From: an uncultured Actinomycetota bacterium
GTDB lineage: Bacteria > Actinomycetota > Actinomycetes > Propionibacteriales > Nocardioidaceae
Direction: 5' to 3'
Length of the DNA stretch: 31,196 nucleotides
Assembly: GCA_963761515.1 (NCBI GenBank)
Contig: CAVXHO010000035.1
Coordinates: 1-31,196 of the forward strand
Below the pieces are notes generated by a model that did not search any database, was not told the origin of the DNA, and worked only from the letters and a program-made list of their open reading frames with translations. Positions 21,121 through 30,950 of this stretch are shown one piece after another (the first letter of the stretch is position 1; each line of letters starts with the position of its first letter). Position numbers and translations under genes: made by a program.

Positions 21121-21843
21121 TCAGCCGTCCGCGGTGAGTGCCCTCATGACCCGCTTGTCGTGGAGGACGTCTCGCGCCAGATCGGTCAGCTTCACCCGGT
21201 GGTGTCGCGCATACCGCCTCAGGATGTTGAACGCCTCGTCGACGTCGACGTCGAAGGTGCGGGCAACGGCACCCTTGGCCTGCTCGATCACGATCCGGCT
21301 GTTGAGCGCGAACTGCAGCTGCTCCGTGAGCTCCTCCGCGCGCCGGAGACCACGCTCCTGCATGAGCGCGATGGTGGCGACGTCGGCGAGGGCTCTGGCC
21401 ACGCGGCGCTCGTCCTCGCCCAGGAACGAGCTCTGGACGCGGAACACGTTCATGGCGCCGATCACCTGATCCCGCAATCTCAGGGGGAAACAGTGAGTCG
21501 TGGTGAACCCCAGCTCGATGGCCCTCGGAGCGAACGCCGGCCACCGCGCCATCGACGATGCGATCTCGACATCCGCCACCTCCTCGCCCGAGCTGAAACA
21601 GTCCAGGCACGGACCTTCGGCGTGCTGTACCTGGAAGAGCTCGAGCAGACGGGCATCCTCGTTCGAGGAGGCCATCGGGCTGAGTCCCCCGCGATCGGCC
21701 AGCATGACCCCGACGGCCGCGGACCCCGTGACCTCGGCAGCGTCGACCGCGACGGTGTGCAGGAAGTCGACCAGGTCGAAGTCGTCGACCAGGGTGTCCG
21801 CCACCTCAACGAAGACATCCGCCAGGCGTGTACTGCTGATCAC
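21121..21843 (-). CDS. GAF plus ANTAR domain regulator (paralogue 2)
   Basis: C-terminal ANTAR motif LNSRIVIEQAKGAVARTFDVDVDEAFNILRRYARHHRVKLTDLARDV. Confidence 0.75.
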   Translation of the reverse strand: MISSTRLADVFVEVADTLVDDFDLVDFLHTVAVDAAEVTGSAAVGVMLADRGGLSPMASSNEDARLLELFQVQHAEGPCLDCFSSGEEVADVEIASSMARWPAFAPRAIELGFTTTHCFPLRLRDQVIGAMNVFRVQSSFLGEDERRVARALADVATIALMQERGLRRAEELTEQLQFALNSRIVIEQAKGAVARTFDVDVDEAFNILRRYARHHRVKLTDLARDVLHDKRVMRALTADG

Positions 21844-21879
21844 GGTCCCTCACCCACTCTCGCTCTAGGCTCATTATGG

Positions 21880-22647
21880 TCACGAGCCGGCGCCCGGTGA
21901 TCCGTCCGGCGTCGGCAGATGTGCGCCCCCGAGGACCTCGCGAGCCACATCGAGGAGGCTCACGTCGCGGCTGAACGCGTGAGCGCGCATCAGCGACAGT
22001 GCGTCTGCCAGGTCGACCTCCAGGTCGACCATCACCATCCCCTGCGCCTGATGGATCTCCGCCCGACGTTCCAGGGCTTCGACGAGCCGTGCGTTCACAT
22101 CGCCGGCCGAGGCTCCCGGATCGGGGTCGAGCAGTCGCTCCACCGCCAGATCGGCGAAGGTCAGGGCGAGTGAGACCTGGTCGGACCCCAAGAGACCGGG
22201 ACTCGCGGCGTACAGGTCCAGCACCCCCAGCCGGACGGCGCCGACGTGGAGCGGCAGGGAGAAGCAGGCGGCGATCCCGAACCCACGGACGGCACTGACG
22301 TACCCGGGCCAGATGTGCTGACCCTGCTCGAGGAGATCCGGCGCGAACACCGGGCGGGACTGGCTGTAGGCGTCCAGGCTCGGTCCTTCCCCGGTCGCGA
22401 AGGCGGCCTCCCCGACCGCGCGGGCTACCTCGTCGGAGCTGGCCACCACACCGCCGCCGTTCGGGCGGTTCAGGAGGTGGACCGACGCGCCGGCGAGGCT
22501 CAGTGTTGCGGTCGCGGCCCGGCAGATGCGCTGCAGGACGGCCGGCAGGTCGTGCACGTCCTCGTCCGCCCTGGCCGCCGACATGGCCATCAGGGCGAAC
22601 TCACGCCGTCCCGGTCCCGGAGGGCCTGTTCCGTCGTGCGCAGTCAC
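21880..22647 (-). CDS. GAF plus ANTAR domain regulator (paralogue 3)
   Basis: C-terminal ANTAR motif LERRAEIHQAQGMVMVDLEVDLADALSLMRAHAFSRDVSLLDVAREV. It lies 36 nt upstream of paralogue 2 on the same strand. An alternative ATG start at 22590 exists. Confidence 0.75.
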   Translation of the reverse strand: MTAHDGTGPPGPGRREFALMAMSAARADEDVHDLPAVLQRICRAATATLSLAGASVHLLNRPNGGGVVASSDEVARAVGEAAFATGEGPSLDAYSQSRPVFAPDLLEQGQHIWPGYVSAVRGFGIAACFSLPLHVGAVRLGVLDLYAASPGLLGSDQVSLALTFADLAVERLLDPDPGASAGDVNARLVEALERRAEIHQAQGMVMVDLEVDLADALSLMRAHAFSRDVSLLDVAREVLGGAHLPTPDGSPGAGS

Positions 22648-22736
22648 GGGCCTGCTCTCGATGGGCGCGGACGTAGCAGGTCACCCTACTCGGCAGGGAT
22701 ACGGCGACCAGCGCGTCGTGCAGGTCGACGTCTCAG

Positions 22737-23561
22737 TCAGGTAAGGGCGATGGCCGCGTCCGGCTCGGCGACCTTGAACGTGAACGACTCCTCCAGGTAG
22801 AGGTGCACCTGCTCGGCGTCGTGGTGGTGGTAGCCGACCGAGATGTCCTGCCCGACGTCGAGGAGGAAGTCGTCACCCCGCTGGCTCACCACCAGGGCTC
22901 CGGTGAGCCCGGGCGAACGGACGACGCTGCCCGACTCGAGGACCCGGCTCAGGTGGTCCATCAGCGGGTAGCCGCCGTGCTCGGTGGTGGAGACGATCGC
23001 GGTGTAGCGCTCGGGGTCGATGGCCAGGGCATAGGGGCCCTCGATGCCGTTCTGGCGCAGCTCGTCGGCCGCCACCGCCACGATGCCGGGGTACGCCGAG
23101 CAGTCGTCGCCCAACGGCCGTGACGGGTAGGGCGAGGCTTCGGTCATGCCCACGATGTCGGCGGCGGACCAGCCGTTCAGGACGGCCCGGTTCTCCAGCT
23201 CGGCGGCGACCCGTGCGGCTCGCGCGAGGTCGTCGAGCTCGGGGTCGCGGCTCCCGCGCTGAAGGTCGTCGATCTCACCCCGGGACACGGTGAACGGCAC
23301 GCGGTACTCCGCCAGCGGCAGCACCCGGCGCCTCCGGAGGAGGACACCCGTGGCGTCGAGGCCGGCCGGTGGGGCCTCGAGGGTGTCGGTCCGGCCCAGC
23401 GACATCGCGTCGTGCCGCCAACCGCCGGGCCCGACCCAGTCGACGAGACGACGGGCCGCCAGCAGCGGGGTCAGCCGCTCCTTGGCCTCCTCGTCGATCG
23501 CCTTCCAGGCCAGGTCGGGGATGGGGGCATGGTCGCGGAGGAGATGGTTGGGAGACGTCAT
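22737..23561 (-). CDS. Family 1 encapsulin nanocompartment shell protein (linocin M18-like, HK97 fold)
   Basis: 274 aa. N-terminus MTSPNHLLRDHAPIPDLAWKAIDEEAKERL, PFTVSRGEIDD, and C-terminus GYHHHDAEQVHLYLEESFTFKV match encapsulins. AAAGGA Shine-Dalgarno. The ATG overlaps the cargo gene stop (ATGA). Confidence 0.9.
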   Translation of the reverse strand: MTSPNHLLRDHAPIPDLAWKAIDEEAKERLTPLLAARRLVDWVGPGGWRHDAMSLGRTDTLEAPPAGLDATGVLLRRRRVLPLAEYRVPFTVSRGEIDDLQRGSRDPELDDLARAARVAAELENRAVLNGWSAADIVGMTEASPYPSRPLGDDCSAYPGIVAVAADELRQNGIEGPYALAIDPERYTAIVSTTEHGGYPLMDHLSRVLESGSVVRSPGLTGALVVSQRGDDFLLDVGQDISVGYHHHDAEQVHLYLEESFTFKVAEPDAAIALT

Positions 23562-24157
23562 GCTGATGGTCCTTTCAGGCTTCCGATGCCGAGCGAGCCG
23601 TCGGTCCGGCGCTCGGTCGAGCCGTCGTCGTTGGGGTGGAGGTCGGACTCGATCTCGTCGACGTACTCCTGCGGGTCCTTGTCGTCGGTGTCGACGCCGG
23701 CGGTGGTCGGATGGCGGTCCAGGTACTCCTCGAGCTCGCGACCGAGCTGCTCGCGGAGCTCGGGGGCCGCGTGCTGCCGGAAGTCGGCGATCCCGTCGCG
23801 CTCCTCCTCGGCCATGTGCTCGTCGTTGGCCTTGCGCGTCGCGAGCACGGCCGCCCACCACTGCTCGCTGGCGACCGGTTGGCGGGCGGCGTCGTGGACC
23901 CCGTCCCGGATGTCGTTGTGGTCGCCGATCGCGTCCAGGGTCTCGTCCTCGGGGTCGTCCTCGCCTCGCGCCAGCAGCTGCGGGTAGAAGACGGCCTCCT
24001 CCCCTGCTGCGTGTACGTCGAGCCGGGCCGCGAGGGGCTCCCAGATCGCGGCGATCGCCGCCACGTCGGGAGCCGACACGGCGTAGAGGTCGTACAGGGC
24101 GATGAACTGTCTGCGGAACCACGCATGGTCGCGCAGGATCACCTCGGTCACGTCCAT
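23558..24157 (-). CDS. Hemerythrin-like (HHE cation-binding) encapsulin cargo protein with a C-terminal targeting peptide
   Basis: Has H...HxxxE-type motifs (ILRDHAWF, VHAAGEE, IGDHND, DEHMAEEE). The C-terminus RTDGSLGIGSLKGPSA matches the family-1 encapsulin cargo-loading peptide consensus (SLxIGSLK). Start ATG at 24157, or TTG at 24196. Confidence 0.8.
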   Translation of the reverse strand: MDVTEVILRDHAWFRRQFIALYDLYAVSAPDVAAIAAIWEPLAARLDVHAAGEEAVFYPQLLARGEDDPEDETLDAIGDHNDIRDGVHDAARQPVASEQWWAAVLATRKANDEHMAEEERDGIADFRQHAAPELREQLGRELEEYLDRHPTTAGVDTDDKDPQEYVDEIESDLHPNDDGSTERRTDGSLGIGSLKGPSA

Positions 24158-24298
24158 GGTGACCACCGTAGCCAGATCGGGCCGCTCCGAAACCAACCGT
24201 CAGGTGGGTGGTCCGTTACGGGGGAGGTCGCGCTGCCCGGGCGGCCCTAGCGTCGTCCCTCTCTCGTGCCTGCTGACCCGCCACCCGAAGGACGACCC

Positions 24299-26667
24299 AT
24301 GAGCCCAGACCGGCACGCCCGCAGCATCCTGCCGATCCCCGACCGGCCGACGCCGGGCCTGACGACGTACGACGCCAAGGACCCGGACTCGTCGTTCCCC
24401 GCCATCGAGCCTCTGCTGCCGCCCGAAGGCGCTCCCAACGTGCTGATCGTGCTGCTGGACGACGTGGGGTTCGGTGCCTCGTCGGCCTTCGGAGGGCCGT
24501 GCCAGACCCCCACGGCCGAGCGGCTCGCAGCCGGAGGTCTGCGCTACAACCGGTTCCACACGACCGCCCTGTGCGCGCCTACGCGGCAGGCGTTGCTGAC
24601 CGGTCGGAACCACCACTCGGTCGGGATGGGCAGCATCACCGAGACCGCCACCTCGGCTCCGGGCATGAGCTCGCTGCGGCCGAACACCAAGGCGCCGCTG
24701 GCGACCACGTTGAAGCTGAACGGGTACTCGACCGCCCAGTTCGGCAAGTGCCACGAGGTGCCGGTCTGGCAGTCGTCGCCCATGGGCCCGTTCGACGCCT
24801 GGCCCACCGGTGGCGGCGGGTTCGAGACGTTCTACGGCTTCATCGGCGGGGAGAACAACCAGTACGACCCGGCCCTCTACAACGGCACGACGCCCGTCGA
24901 GCCTCCCGCGACGCCCGAGGAGGGCTACCACCTCACCGAGGACCTCACCGACCATGCGATCAGCTGGGTGCGTCAGCAGAAGGCTTTGATGCCCGACAAG
25001 CCCTTCCTCGTCTACTTCGCACCGGGCGCCACCCACGCCCCGCACCACGTCCCGTTGGAGTGGGCGGACAAGTACGCCGGCCAGTTCGACGACGGCTGGG
25101 ACGCTCTGCGCGGGCGCACCCTGGCGCGGCAGAAGGAGCTCGGCGTCGTACCCGCGGACACCGAGCTCACGGCGCGGCACGACGAGATCACCGCCTGGGA
25201 CGACATGCCCGACGAGCTCAAGCCGGTGCTGGCGCGGCAGATGGAGGTCTACGCCGGGTTCCTCGAGCACACCGACCACCATGTCGGCCGGCTCATCGAC
25301 ACCCTGGCCGACCTGGAGATCCTCGACGACACGCTCGTCTACTACATCATCGGCGACAACGGCGCCTCGGCCGAGGGCACCATGAACGGGGCCTTCAACG
25401 AGATGGCCAACTTCAACGGCATGGCCGCGGTCGAGACGCCCGAGTTCATGGTCAGCAAGGTGGACAGCTTCGGCACGCCAGACTCCTACAACCACTACTC
25501 GGTCGGGTGGGCGCTGGGCGATGAACTCCCCACTCCAGTGGACCAAGCAGGTCGCCTCCCACTGGGGCGGCACCCGCAACGGGACCATCGTGCACTGGCC
25601 CCGCGGGATCGAGGAGCGCGGCGGTCTGCGGTCGCAGTTCACCCACGTGATCGACATCGCGCCCGACGATCCTCGAGGTCGCCGGGCTGCCGGAGCCGAC
25701 CATGGTCAACGGCGTCATGCAGTCGCCGATCGAGGGCACCAGCATGATGTACAGCTTCAACGGACCCGACGAGCCGGAACGCCACGACCTCCAGTACTTC
25801 GAGATGTTCGGCAACCGGGGCATCTACCACCGGGGCTGGAGTGCTGTCACCAAGCACAAGACGCCGTGGCTGATCCTGGACCCCCACATGGGCGCCTTCG
25901 ACGCCGACGTGTGGGAGCTGTACGACGGCAGCAGCGACTTCAGCCAGGCCCGCAACCTCGCGGCCGACGATCCGCAGCGGCTCGCCGACCTGCAACGGCT
26001 CTGGCTGATCGAGGCCACGAAGTACAACGTCCTCCCCCTCGACGACCGGTCGGGCGAGCGGCTGAACGCCGACCTGGCCGGGCGGCCGACCCTCATCCAC
26101 GGCAACTCGCAGCTGCTGTTCTCGGGCATGGGGCGGCTCACCGAGAACAGCGTGGTGAGCATCAAGAACAAGTCGTTCTCGGTCACCGCCGACGTCGAGC
26201 TGGGCGAGGCCCCGGCGGAGGGCGTGCTGATCGCGCAGGGGGGTCGCTTCGGGGGCTGGGCCTTCTACGTCAAGGGCGGCAAGGCCAAGTTCGTGTACAA
26301 CGTGCTCGGCATCCACGAGTTCGCGACGGAGTCCGATGACCCCCTTCCCGCCGGTCACCACCAGGTGCGCGTGGAGTTCGCGTACGACGGGGGCGGCCTG
26401 GCCAAGGGTGGAGGTGTGACGTTGTACTGCGACGGCGACCAGATCGGCGCGGGCAGGGTCGAGATGACCCAGCCGATGATCTTCTCCGCCGACGAGACCA
26501 CGGATGTCGGGTACGAGTCCGGAACCACCGTGACCCCGGACTACACCACGGCGACCAGCCGCTTCACCGGCCGGATCAACTGGATCCAGATCGACCTCGG
26601 CGACGACGACCACGACCACTTCATCGACCCCGACGAGCGGCTGCGGATCGCCATGGCGCAGCAGTGA
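24299..26667 (+). pseudogene. Arylsulfatase (Cys-type, formylglycine-dependent), reading frame broken by two +1 frameshifts
   Basis: Has LLDDVGFGASSAFGG and the CAPTR signature (ALCAPTRQALLTGR). The frame shifts after ...YSVGWA (about 25515) into NSPLQWTKQVASHWGGTRNGTIVHWP, and again after FTHVIDIAP (about 25663) into ILEVAGLPEPTMVNGVMQSPIEGTSMMYSFN. The C-terminal domain continues to the stop at 26667. Confidence 0.85.
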
Positions 26668-26701
26668 CCGGTCCGCACGTCGAGCCGAGGCTGGAGCGTC
26701 G

Positions 26702-27373
26702 ATGAACGCGGTGATCGGTGACCTGCTGCCGGTGGCGCTCGGCGTGGCGATCTCGCCGATGCCGATCATCGCCGTGATCCTGATGCTGCTCTCGCCACGG
26801 GCGGGCGCCGCCAGCCTCACGCTGCTGGCCGGCTGGATCGTCGGGATCACCGTCGTGCTCACGGTGGTGGTCCTGGTCGCGAATCCCGCCGACGACTCGC
26901 AGGCGGGCAACCCGTCCACCTTGGCCTCGGTGGTCAAGATGCTGCTCGGTGCGGCCCTCGTCCTGATCGGCGTACGCCAGTGGCGACAGCGTCCCAAGGA
27001 GGGCGCGACGGCCTCGGTGCCCACGTGGATGGGCGCCATCGATCAGGTCACGCCGCTCAAGGCCTTCGGGCTGGGCGCCCTGCTGTCGGGCGTGAACCCC
27101 AAGAACCTCGCGCTCGGCCTGGCCGGTGGGGTGATCATCGCCTCGGGAGGGCTCTCGTCCGGCCAGACGGTGGTGGCGATCGCGGTGTTCGTACTGATCG
27201 GGTCCTCGACGATGGCGGTCCCCGTCGTCGGCTACCTGGTGGCACGTGAGCGGATGCAGGCACCCCTGGGTCGGCTGCGCGACTGGCTCATCGACAACAA
27301 TGCGGTGGTGATGTCGGTCCTGTTGCTGGTCATCGGTGTCGTCATCTTCGGGAAGGGACTGGCGGGTCTCTGA
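26702..27373 (+). CDS. GAP-family (DUF2910 / Sap sulfolipid-addressing-protein-like) integral membrane protein
   Basis: 223 aa, highly hydrophobic with about 6 transmembrane helices. It sits between the sulfatase and the FGE gene. Confidence 0.55.
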   Translation: MNAVIGDLLPVALGVAISPMPIIAVILMLLSPRAGAASLTLLAGWIVGITVVLTVVVLVANPADDSQAGNPSTLASVVKMLLGAALVLIGVRQWRQRPKEGATASVPTWMGAIDQVTPLKAFGLGALLSGVNPKNLALGLAGGVIIASGGLSSGQTVVAIAVFVLIGSSTMAVPVVGYLVARERMQAPLGRLRDWLIDNNAVVMSVLLLVIGVVIFGKGLAGL

Positions 27374-27399
27374 CCCGCCGGGGAGCCGAGGAGGCCGCG

Positions 27400-27735
27400 A
27401 TGAGCACAGCGGACGGCCACAGCGCGTGCTGCGCCCCGGCGGTCTCCGACGTCCCGTCGACCGCCGCGGACCGGGTCGCCGACGTCGCTCCCCGCTCGGG
27501 AGCGCGCCCGCACGGGATGGTGCCGGTCGCAGGCGGCCGGCTGCTGATGGGCGACCCGTTCTCCGAGGGCTACCCGGACGACGGCGAGACCCCCGTCCAC
27601 GCGGTCGACGTCCCGTCGTTCCTCATCGATGCGACCCAGGTGACGAACGCCCAGTTCGCGACCTTCGTCAAGGAGACCGGGTGGGTCACCGACGCCGAGG
27701 ACCTCGGCATCTGGTGTTCCACCCGGTCTCCTTGA
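27400..27735 (+). pseudogene. Formylglycine-generating enzyme (FGE/SUMF1-type sulfatase-modifying factor), N-terminal about 105 aa only, truncated at the inversion junction
   Basis: GMVPVAGGRLLMGDPFSEGYPDDGETPVHAVDVPSFLIDATQVTNAQFATFVKETGWVTDAEDLG matches the FGE N-terminus. The expected continuation (WSFVF...) is replaced after about 27715 by reverse-complement sequence. Confidence 0.75.
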
Positions 27736-27989
27736 CGCAGGTCGTGACTGGGCGTTCGTCACCTGGGTCGCATCGATGAGGAACGACGGGACGTCGACCG
27801 CGTGGACGGGGGTCTCGCCGTCGTCCGGGTAGCCCTCGGAGAACGGGGCCGCCCATCAGCAGCCAGCATGCGACCGGCACCATCCCGTGCGGGCGCGCTC
27901 CCGGCGGGGACACCGGCGACCCGGTGCGGCGGTCGACGGGACGTCGGAGACCGCCGGGCGCGGCACCGCGCTGTCGCCGTCCGCTGTGC

Positions 27990-28660
27990 TCATCACGGCC
28001 TCCTCGGCTCCCGGGCGGGTCGAGACCCACCAGTCCCTTCCCGAAGATGACGACACCGGTGACCAGCACCAGGACCAACATGACCACTGCATGTCGTCGA
28101 TGAGCCGTCGGCGCCGACCCAGGGGTGCCTGCTTCGCTCACGTGCCACGAGGGGCCGACGACGGGGATCGCCATCGTCGAGGACCCGATCGCTACGAGCA
28201 CCGCCATCGCCACCACCGCTGGCCGGACGAGCCCTCCCGAGCGATGATCACCGCCCGGCCGGCCGGCGCGAGGTTCTTGGGGTTCACGCCCGCCAGCAGC
28301 GCGCCCGCGAAGGCCTTGAGCGGCGTGACCTGGTCGATGGCGCCCGTCCACCTGGGCACCGCGGCCGTCGCGCCCTCCTGGGGACGCTGTCGCCGCTGGC
28401 GTCGCCGATTAGGACGAGGCCACGCCGGCAGCATCTTGACCACCGAGGCCGAGGCGGACAGGTTGCCCGCCTGGAGTGGTCGGCAGATGGCGACCAGCCC
28501 ACGCCGTGAGCACGCGGTGGTCCCGACGATCCAGCCAGCCAGCGCGTGAGGCTGGCGGCCGCCATGGCGAGAGCAGCGTCAGGATCACGGCGATGATCGG
28601 CATCGGCGAGATCGCCACGCCGAGCGCCGCCGCATCAGGTCACCGATCACCGCGTTCATC
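27990..28660 (-). pseudogene. Degraded inverted copy of the GAP-family membrane protein gene
   Basis: The minus-strand frame 27686-28351 contains GSSTMAIPVVG and VMLVLVLVTGVVIFGKGLVGL, matching the GAP protein C-terminus. It is interrupted by indels. Confidence 0.5.
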
Positions 28661-28689
28661 GACGCTCCAGCCTCGGCTCGACGTAGCCG

Positions 28690-30950
28690 GCTTGTCTGCG
28701 CCATGGCGATCCGCAGCCGCTCGTCGGGGTCGTTGAAGTCGTCGTCGTCGTCGTCGCCGAGGTCGGTCCGGCTAGGTTGCGTCCGTCCGTGCAGCCGCTG
28801 GTCGCCGTGGTGTCATCCGGGGTCACGTGGTTCCCGACTGGTCCCGACATCCGTCGTCTCGTCGGCGGAGAAGGTCATCGCTGGGTCATCTCGACCCTCC
28901 CCGCGCCCGAATATGCGTCGCCGTCCCAGTACAGCGTCCCACCTCCACCTTGGCAGGCCGCCCCGTCGTCGCGAACTCCACGCGCACCTGGTGGTGACCG
29001 GCGGGGGGTGATCGGACTCCGTCGCGAACTCGTCGATGCCGAGCACGTTGCCACGGACTTGGCCTTGCCGCCCTTGACGTAGAAGGCCGCCCCGAAGCGC
29101 CCCCTTCGCGATCAGCACGCCCGCCGCCGCGTGCTCGCCCAGCTCGACGTCGGCGGTGACCGAGAACGACTGTTCTTGATGCTCGCCCACGCTGTTCTCG
29201 GTGGCCTCCCCATGCCCGAGAAAGCGGCTCCGAGCTGCCGGGGATGAGGGTCGGCGCTCGGCAGGCGGTCGGGTGGCCGTCCCCGACGGCGACGAGGGGG
29301 AGGACGTTGTACTTCGTCGCCTCGATCAGCCACAGCCGTTCCAGGTCGGCGAGCCGTTGGATCGTCGGCCGCGAGGTTGCGGGCCTGGCTGAGGTCGCTG
29401 TTGCCGTGGTAGGCCCCACACGTCGGCGTCGAGGCGCCCAGTGGATGCGGGGTCGGCCACGGCGCTGCTCGGTGACGGCGCTCCAGCCCCGGTGGTCGAT
29501 GCCCCGGTTGCGAACATCTCGAAGTAGTAGAGGTCGTGGCGTACCGGCTCCTCGGGCCCCATTGAAGCTGTACATCATGCTGGTGCCCTCGATCGGCGAT
29601 TGCATGACGCGTTGACCATGGTCGCTCCGGCGGCCCGGCGACCTCGAGGATGACGGCGCTAGTCGACCACATGGGTGAACTTCGTCGCGGCCGCCGCGCT
29701 CCTCGATCCCGCGGGCGTGACGTGGTTCCGTTGCGGTACGCCCCAGTCGGAGGCGACCTGTGGACCACTGGAGTGATCATCGCCGGCCCCACCCTACCGG
29801 TGGTGGTTGCGGATCGGCGTGCCGAAGCTGTCCACCTTGCTGACCGTGACCGTCGCTCGACCGCGGCCATGCCGTTGAAGTTGGCCATCTCGTTGGAGGC
29901 CCCGTTCAGGTGCCCTCGGCCGAGGCCCATTGTCGCCGATGATGTCGTAGACCAGCGTGTGGTCGAGGATCTGCGGGTCGGCCAGGGTCTCGATCAGGCC
30001 GCCGACATCGTGGTCGGTGTGCTCGGGTCCCGGCGTAGCCCTCCATCTGCCAGCCAGCGCCGCTTGAGCTCGTCGGCATGTCGTCCAGGCGGTCATCTCG
30101 TCGTGCGCCGTGGCTCGGTCTCCGCGGGTTCGACGCCAGCTCCCCCTTCTGCCGCGCCAGGTCGCCCACGCAGAGCGTCCCAGCTCGTCGTCGACTCGGG
30201 CGGCGTACTTGTCCACCCACTCCGACGGGACATGGTGCGGGGCGTGGGTGGCGCCCGGTGCGAAGTGAGCGAGAAAGGCTTGCTCGGCGGTCTGCCTGCT
30301 CACCCAGCTGATCGCATGGTCGGTCTGGTCCTCGGTGAGGTAGTAGCCCTCCTCGGCGTCGCGCGAGCTCGACGGGCGTCGTGCCGTTGTACAGGGCCGG
30401 GTCGTAGTGGTTGTTTTCCCCGCCGATCAAGCCGTTACATTCGAACCCACCGCCACCGGTCGGCCAGGCGTCGAACGGTCCCATGGGCGACGACTACAGA
30501 CCGGCGCCCGTCGCACTTGCCGAACTCGGCGGTCGAGTACCCGTTCAGCTTGACGTCGTCGCCAGCAGCGCCTTCGTGTACGGCCACAGCGGGCTCATGC
30601 CCGGAGCCGAGTGGCGCGGTCGGTGATGCGCCCATCCCGCACCGAGTCGGTGTTCCGACCGGTCAGCCGACACCTACCGGTAGGCGCGCACAGGGCGGTC
30701 GGTGGAACGGTTGTAGCGCAGACCTCCGGCTGCAAGCCGCTCGGCCGTCGGGGTCTGGCCGGCCCTCCGAAGGCCGACGAGGCGCCGAACCCCACGTCGT
30801 CCAGCAGCACGATCAGCACGTTGGGAGCGCCTTCGGCGGCAGCAGAGGCTCGATCGGCGGGAACGAGCGTCCGGGTCCTTGGCGTCGTACGTCATCAGGC
30901 CAGGCGTCGGCCGGTCCGGGATCGGCAGGATCTGCGGGCGTGCCGGTTGG
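28690..30950 (-). pseudogene. Heavily degraded second copy of the arylsulfatase gene within the inverted arm (fragments in all frames)
   Basis: Minus-strand fragments such as MQSPIEGTSMMYSFN (28886-29605), MGPFDAWPTGGGGFE...GGENNHYDPALYNGTTPVE (29906-30484) and MLIVLLDDVGFGASSAFGGP (30595-30819). Confidence 0.55.

Noticed and set aside
28737-28760. GTC x6 microsatellite (poly-Asp codons) in the inverted arm
   Set aside because: It corresponds to the DDDHDH region of the sulfatase C-terminus in the first arm. It is simply an expanded or miscalled copy within the degraded repeat, not an independent element.
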